From Botryllus schlosseri (Eukaryota), in contig CM119376.1 of the NCBI GenBank assembly GCA_051294905.1, forward strand, positions 29,016,001-29,080,000: DNA of 64,000 nucleotides. The letters run 5' to 3'. A model generated the notes under the pieces. It searched no databases. It was not told where the DNA came from and was given only the letters and a program-made list of their open reading frames with translations. Shown here one piece after another: positions 58,501 through 64,000 of the stretch. The translations under genes were made by a program, and so were the position numbers. Positions within the stretch are counted from its first letter, which is position 1, and each line of letters opens with the position of its first letter.

Positions 58501-61500
58501 ATTAGATTATCGGCATTTCGCTCCGATAAGTCTAGTTATTATACAACTAAAACTATCCAATGCTGTCAGATTCGCAGAATAAACACGACATACCGCGCCA
58601 ACATCTTTTGAGCGTTTTCATTTTTGATTTTGTCATTTGAAATTCCGGAAGACTCCCGCATCTTCTGAAATTCAATCTTGCTCTTCCAAGCGGTGAAACA
58701 ATAGAGGATATTTTTTCGTTCGCGTTGTTCCGAAAATTTTTTGCTTGCATTGCTACGGTGTTGAGACTGTAACAATTAGAGGAGGTCAGTAGGGCTGTTC
58801 AAAATTTTTTTATGGAATTCCGGGGATTCACTAATTATATTGTAAGGTTGCCTAAAAAATGCTGCACACCAAATTTGGCTCGATTCCAACTGGTAGGGAT
58901 GAACCCACAGGAAAATTTTGAATTTACTACTCAGATAATTTCCCTTTTACGGATTGGAATTGCGTCAAATTTATTTGCATCGTTTTTGTAGTCAGCTCAA
59001 CAATTTCATGGGGTTGACAGTGAAATTTGAAACTTATTATTTTACTTTTTTATAACAAATTTAACATTTCCAAACTCCTGTGCATTCACATCTACCAATT
59101 GAAATCGAGCCAAATTTGGCCTGCAGCGTTTTTATAGGCAACCTAACAATGTAGTGGATGAAAAGTTATTTTTTAACAACCCTCGCCCACCGTAAATACT
59201 ATTATTAAAAATCTAAAAGTTTGATTATCCAGTAATATTTGAAGAAAAAAGCTACCTTCGAACTTCTGATACACAGTAATTCTATGATCCAAAATAAACA
59301 CTCGCTACCTTCAACCACCCATTGAGAACTCTTCGTTTCAGTAATTCTCTATACTTCAAATCTGCGTTTTTCGTCTTGACGATAAGCGAGATGCGTCGTT
59401 TCCATTTGTGCAAGCAAAGTTTCAGATTCTTTTGTCGAATTTGAAGCAGCATTGAATCCTTCAGTGACCGCCTCTTAGGAAGTGACATCCAACGTTTCAG
59501 GTATCTACGCAAATTGAATATTAAATTAGTTTCGTTCAAGATATAACTTTTGATGTAAACTATCCATCAGTAACCAAGTCGCAAGGTCCCGAGTCACAAG
59601 TCATTTATATTTTTATAGTTTTGCCTAAGTCGAGTCAAATCATTTTCCATAGTTTACAAAATTACTTGACTCAAGTTGAGTCACCAAAAATTCGTGACTC
59701 GAGTCATTACAACCCTGCACTAACACTTACCGAGTCATTCGTCTCTTGTCTAGTTCCGAAACAAAACGTCTCAGATGAATAGACTCTTTCGCTTGCAAAT
59801 GCCAGAATTGAACGATTCTTCGGGACTTTTTGAGTAAAAGCACGTTCCTCAAACTTTCGACTTTTGATTTTTGTGCTTGAATGGCATCGAATTTGCTTTT
59901 CCAAGAGGATAGGCAGCCTTTAAAAAGAGGTATAAATTTGCTTAATTACTTGCCGTCACACTATTGATATACAAAGTTAGTGTCATTTCTCAGCTAGTTG
60001 TTGACGATTACCGCTGACGAGTGTCAGCCGAAAAGATTCGGGTTCATTTCAATATCATTATATTATTCAATTGTATGTTGAAACTTCAACTCACTGCGAA
60101 TCTGAGACAAACGCTTGTCTGCTACTATTTCATCGCACAGTTTTTCTTGCTGTCGCAATCGCAGCGAACAAAGCCAGTTCTCGATGGCTGCTTTTGCACG
60201 AGTCACGCTTAGGCTCCTTTTTGCTCGAGAAAGCTGGAATTCGTGTTTCCATTTGAGGAAGCATGTTTTCTTCTCACTCTAAGATACAGACAAAAATTAA
60301 GTTTGAACTTTCGGCGCCTTTGAAAGTAAGATTACAAACCTCGATCTTGTAGAGCAGAAGTCCTTGATACAGAGCTCGTAAATCGTTTTTGCGCTTTGCG
60401 AAATGGCGCCAGGCTACAACACATTGCCGTAAAAGCGAGCATCGGCGATTTTCGACGAGACGTGTTCTGAAAATTTGAATATGATCGACCTCGACTAACG
60501 TTTGGCAATTTTAAGCATCTGAGTGATTTTAAAACTAGCATTAGGCTTCGAGTCGAGTAGAGTATTCGAATATCACACATTATGACATCCTAACAGTATG
60601 AAAGATGTGTGCGTGCAGCAACGCCTAATTTAAATATTTGGACGCAAAATTTTGTCGAAAATTAGTTTTAAATGTCAAAAAAATGTCAGCATTTTGATTT
60701 TTAGTGCAAAATCGTCCATTTTTTGGGTAAAAAATAATCGTCCTACTAATTAAAATTAACACCCGATTCGTGACGAGGCTTAACCGCAACATTGTCGTGG
60801 GTATGAAGTAGAACCTGAATGCCTTCCGCTGCCTTGCGTATTCATATAACGCGTTCCATATTTGTTTCGTCATAATGTGATTGTGATGCGCTCGAACCTC
60901 CGAGCAAATCAGCCGACGTCGACTCGTTTGCGATTTCCACACCAGCACGCAATGTCTGAAATAGAGAGTTGGATATCTAGAAAATTTTAAGATTTTACTA
61001 ATTACTAGGGCAAGTTTTTGCTACTTTTGCAACTTTTATACAGCTTCCGGCAGCTTGCTAAATACTCGAATGTTATGTAGAATGCTGTTTTAAGCTGTTT
61101 AAAGGAATCTTATAGTGCAACTTTTTGCAACTTTTGTCCATTTTTTCCTGCAACTTTTTCGATTTTTCATGAAAGTTTATTCGATTTTTCATGCAACCAA
61201 TTTACTGAAAATATTTGGTAGTATATTTAAATAGACCGGTCGCTGTTTTTTTGAGAATTTTGGTGAAATACACGGCCAAATTCGACTGAAAAATCAGCAC
61301 TGGAGTAACGCATTAACGGGTATTTCGGGAGCTGAGCCGGAAAGTTGACCTTTTTTTTTATTTTTTTAGTCAACCAATGGCGAATGTGGATGGAAAACTG
61401 TATTTCGGGAGTGGAACTGGGAAGTGGACCTTTTTTTCTGGTCAACCGACCTAAATGTGATCTTTTAATGCAACTTTTGTGAAAAATAAACGCAACTTTC

Positions 61501-63842
61501 CACGGATTTAACTGTAACAAAAACTTGCCCTACTAATTACATTAGATTCAGGATTATTATAGCTACACAGTTTTTTCCAAATTAAATTAAATATGAACTA
61601 GAAAAACTGGAAACGCAAAAACTTGGAAATAAGCAAGTTCAGCTAATACTAAGTAAGAGTTCATTGTTATCAGCATCAGAACTACAAATGTCTGTAAATG
61701 TCTGCAAACCAAACTCACCGAATCACATCTCTGCTACGGCCTCTCTTCCATACCACAAGCTTCATTTCCACAATCCAAATCTTGAGATATCGCGACAAAA
61801 CGTGTTTCCTTCTCAAATTCCGTGCATCGCTCAGTTCCCTCTGATTTCTCAAACTCTCAAGCCGTGTGAAGTACCTCCATCGTTTCAAAGACAAAGACAG
61901 GACCTGAAGTTTAGTTCATAAGATTATTTTTTTCTGAATCGGCACAACAATTGCGAGTGTAACGATATCTATATTTAATAGAATAGTATATACGGTACTC
62001 ATGTTGAATTCATATTGAAAGCTTCAGGGGATGAGTCAAGGGTCACTGGTGTAGTTTGATCTCGATGGATTGGTATATCTAGTGATTATTTACCTTCCGA
62101 CAAATGTATCAAGTAAATAGTATCAATGCTGTTACTTGGCTATGAATTGGTAACATTTACATCGCTATATAGGATGCTTTCGTCGTGCGTCTGATATTTT
62201 GTGTAACTTTCAGACGTTTCAGTCAACACATCTATATTACCCACTGTAAGAAGTTTCAAGTGCCTTGGCTGGTTTCGGTCAACGAATATATTTAAGGTAA
62301 CACAAGTGCATTTGTGGTAAGGGTCAATGACAGGCAAGCCCTTGGTACATGCTTGAAGCCATAATAACGATACCCCGACCTACCTTTCTTCGTTCATATT
62401 TCCTGACATGCAGATTCTGACGGGCTTTTGACTTCCATAATGCGAAGCTTCTCAAAAGCATACCGTTTTCGCGTTTCACGTTCGCCAGCTCTTTTCGAGA
62501 GTCCTTCACCAATCGATCGGCTGAAAAGAAAAACAGCAAAATTCAGCGCAATAGGGCTAGGCACATTGATTCGGGTCAAATCACTCAGGCACTCGATTTC
62601 GCTTAACCCTAGTTTTAAATCAAGAAACATTCATCAAAGACAGGGTTGTAACCAAGGCATAAGGTTCCGAGTCACAAGTCAATCTCACTTTTATAGTTTT
62701 GACTCGAGTCAAGTCGAGTCATTTTCAATTCACCATCGAGTCAAGTCCGAGTCATAATGTTCACTGTTCAGTTTTGAGTTCGATCCGATTGAACCTACTT
62801 TTTTCAACTAGGCCTATAGACTAGCTCGCATTCATAATATCGTAATTTTCCTCAGTCATAGGCCTACTAGTTTCTGGCCCTATTTTCCAAATATCAGGAC
62901 TGATAGACGAAATACTTTACTATTCTTCGGAGTTGCAATGAAGTCTTTGTCTTGGCCGTCCTAGTCTCGAGTCAACTGACTTGGTACGAGTCATTCACAT
63001 TGACTCGAGTAGGCTACAATTCGAGTCAATCGAGTACAATTCGAGTCAATACACAAATTGACTCGAGTCGAGTCATTTTACACATTTGAAAAAATGACTT
63101 GAGTAAAGTCGAGTCATCGAAAAATCGTGACTCGAGTCGAGTCATTACAAGCCTGATCAAAGACCAGCTCACCAGTGTAGATTCTCCAATTATGCCAGAC
63201 CTTCCTTGCCAACTGCGTGGTGTAGTGTTGCGATAGCATTTTTGTCTCTGCGGATTGGAGAAAACCTTCTTGCCAGGCAAGAAACATCTGCAAAACAGCT
63301 CTCGCGTGATATCTGCTCGTCGCTAATTCAATTTGTCAATACGCACTTGTTTCAGAGTGGTGAGGCGCCTGCTTTTTGCAATTTCAGACAGAGCAGTGGA
63401 TTCTCGAGAACGGGTCCGCCAATACGAAAATATTTTCTCAACTTTTGATTTTCTTCTCATGCGGAATCTAGTAGTGAACGAAATCAATTTTTATTCGCAA
63501 GTTTCATTCGTATACGATTGAATAATGTATTCAGAGTGAAAGAACCCGGAACGTTTTCGGCCGACACTCGTCAGGGGTAATCGTCAGCAACTGGTAGAGA
63601 ATTTGAAAGAACATTGTATATCAACAATCGCATCACCAAATATCTCCATTTAAATATGAATATACTACTTAATTGTATACTGAAGCCCTTCATTAAAATA
63701 CATATGCTCTTTTATCAAGGTATGATGTAGGCTACTAACCGTTTTTTCCAAATCACAAAGCTTGAAACAAGCTTGATGTTCCTCCGGGTCCGTTCTTCTT
63801 GTTTCATTTTAATTCTCCTGCTTGTAATTGCCCATTGAAGAG
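34559..63842 (-). CDS. SFI1: SFI1-like centrin-binding repeat protein; 29 exons in window, 5' end beyond window
   Basis: Phase-consistent exons (5'->3'): 63740-63842, 63347-63467, 63173-63287, 62384-62520, 61719-61903, 60815-60955, 60340-60466, 60095-60278, 59731-59917, 59309-59504, 58594-58766, 57673-57877, 56741-57438, 55981-56078, 55757-55913, 55430-55540, 55241-55338, 54442-54677, 53850-53983, 53431-53511, 52741-52902, 52284-52394, 51368-51530, 50152-50339, 49043-49262, 48517-48699, 48173-48292, 34794-34921, 34559-34730 (4934 nt, open frame). The basic helical protein has regularly spaced (F/L)xxW(K/R) motifs (LLRSFALWK, LLRQCVVAWR, CFLKWK, ILYCFTAWK, VLNSWRKW, KVWHAWR), the Sfi1 repeat signature. 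The 3' end is uncertain. The family call rests on the repeat pattern only. Confidence 0.72.
35088..35571 (+). mobile_element. GACTCGAGTC-family hAT MITE
   Basis: Degenerate TIRs; perfect TSD ACTCAAGT. Confidence 0.85.
37207..39687. mobile_element. Non-autonomous hAT element B, nested in A
   Basis: TIRs CAGAGGTGGTCA / TGACCACCTCTG; perfect TSD TATCTGAA; AGTAGAAGTA subterminal repeats. Partial relatives near 19260-19410 and 27950-28120. Confidence 0.9.
37502..38735. mobile_element. Non-autonomous hAT element, family C copy 2, nested in B
   Basis: Degenerate TIRs caagggttctca / taagaactcctg; TSD tcataagc / gcataagc; colinear with 24133-25326. Confidence 0.85.
40999..44709 (-). mobile_element. 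hAT-superfamily transposon (hATm-like), full length with 144-bp TIRs
   Basis: 40999-41142 is the exact reverse complement of 44566-44709 (TAGGGTTGTCCAAAATTTG...). Flanks gtgtagat / gtgtgcac match 5/8. Encodes a broken transposase. Confidence 0.88.
41702..44036 (-). pseudogene. hAT (hATm-like) transposase, disrupted by a stop and two frameshifts
   Basis: Three consecutive ORFs (43530-44036, 42610-43515, 41702-42577) carry RLPT..EV, HWDGK, FDTTASNSG, ACRHH (CxxH), RDDY, PGAAHHARWM and VVNDAAERGVKL motifs. FYED*(Q) stop plus frameshift near 43530; second frameshift near 42630. Confidence 0.85.
45103..45513. mobile_element. hAT MITE inside the Harbinger element
   Basis: Termini tggagcctgaccgat / atcagtcgggctcta; TSD gtgtacaa / gtatacaa; CCGATA repeats. 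Confidence 0.75.
46502..47570 (-). pseudogene. Harbinger/HARBI1-like transposase, frameshifted
   Basis: Fragments in different frames: YPENEFVDRYRFYK; FCYGHFQQTDADLIGGSRTTARRII (HTH); GVPNVIGCIDDTHIPI (first catalytic D region); RVLIEQCFGVIKQRFQML...IIATICLHNF (catalytic E region). Confidence 0.88.
49370..49931 (+). mobile_element. GACTCGAGTC-family hAT MITE
   Basis: TIRs CAGGGTTGTAA / TTACAACCCTG; TSD ccagtagt / ccagtaat. Confidence 0.9.
50408..50980 (-). mobile_element. GACTCGAGTC-family hAT MITE, inverted relative to the 49370 copy
   Basis: Same TIRs; perfect TSD TGTTCAAC. Confidence 0.9.
58021..58316 (-). mobile_element. tRNA-derived SINE with Meta-domain-like core and a different tail
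   Basis: Head nearly identical to 33361-33426; core gtcagaccaaagac...tggtatccatgacttccctgcttggcggtcatgcatta. Confidence 0.7.
58790..59184. mobile_element. Old foldback MITE with long imperfect TIRs
   Basis: Starts TAGGGCTGTT. The arm ttgtaaggttgcctaaaaaatgctgcacaccaaatttggctcgatt is mirrored at 59100-59150. No clear TSD. Confidence 0.6.
61006..61532. mobile_element. hAT MITE
   Basis: TIRs TAGGGCAAGTTTTT / AAAAACTTGCCCTA; perfect TSD CTAATTAC; GCAACTTT repeats. Confidence 0.9.
62641..63155 (+). mobile_element. GACTCGAGTC-family hAT MITE
   Basis: TIR CAGGGTTGTAA; perfect TSD ATCAAAGA; ends 17 nt from an SFI1 donor site. Confidence 0.9.
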
Positions 63843-64000
63843 CTGAAAATGAGAAAACGATTTTATTATCGGCAAGGCAGAGATGAGCATGGATAAGGAT
63901 TAGGTTTTGAAAAAACAGGATTTGTGAAATTTTGTCGGATTTGGATTAGACATATTTTTCAGAACGGATTAGGATTTGGATTGGATTTACCTATTTTCTG

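Overview
Eukaryotic, AT-rich, intron-rich animal DNA. The ~60-nt minimal introns and gene content resemble an ascidian/tunicate genome (inference). I could assemble three spliced genes by hand: (1) a 5-exon BMP3/GDF10-like TGF-beta ligand on + (12080-18349); (2) a 6-exon SRSF10-like SR splicing factor on - (26587-31176), whose second intron is a U12-type AT-AC intron that also holds a set of U2 signals and an AAAG-rich candidate poison exon; (3) a 5'-incomplete SFI1-like centrin-binding repeat protein on - (29 exons, 34559-63842, about 1640 aa in the window). The rest is dominated by DNA transposons, mostly hAT elements with readable TIRs and 8-bp TSDs. They form two nested clusters: a 12-kb Harbinger element (3-bp TAG TSD) carrying nested hATs and a full-length decayed hATm-like element inside a 13.2-kb SFI1 intron, and a multi-level hAT nest at 22.3-25.7 kb. 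There are also tRNA-derived SINEs, LINE tails and abundant foldback/MITE families. All coordinates and alignments were read by eye; no searches were run.
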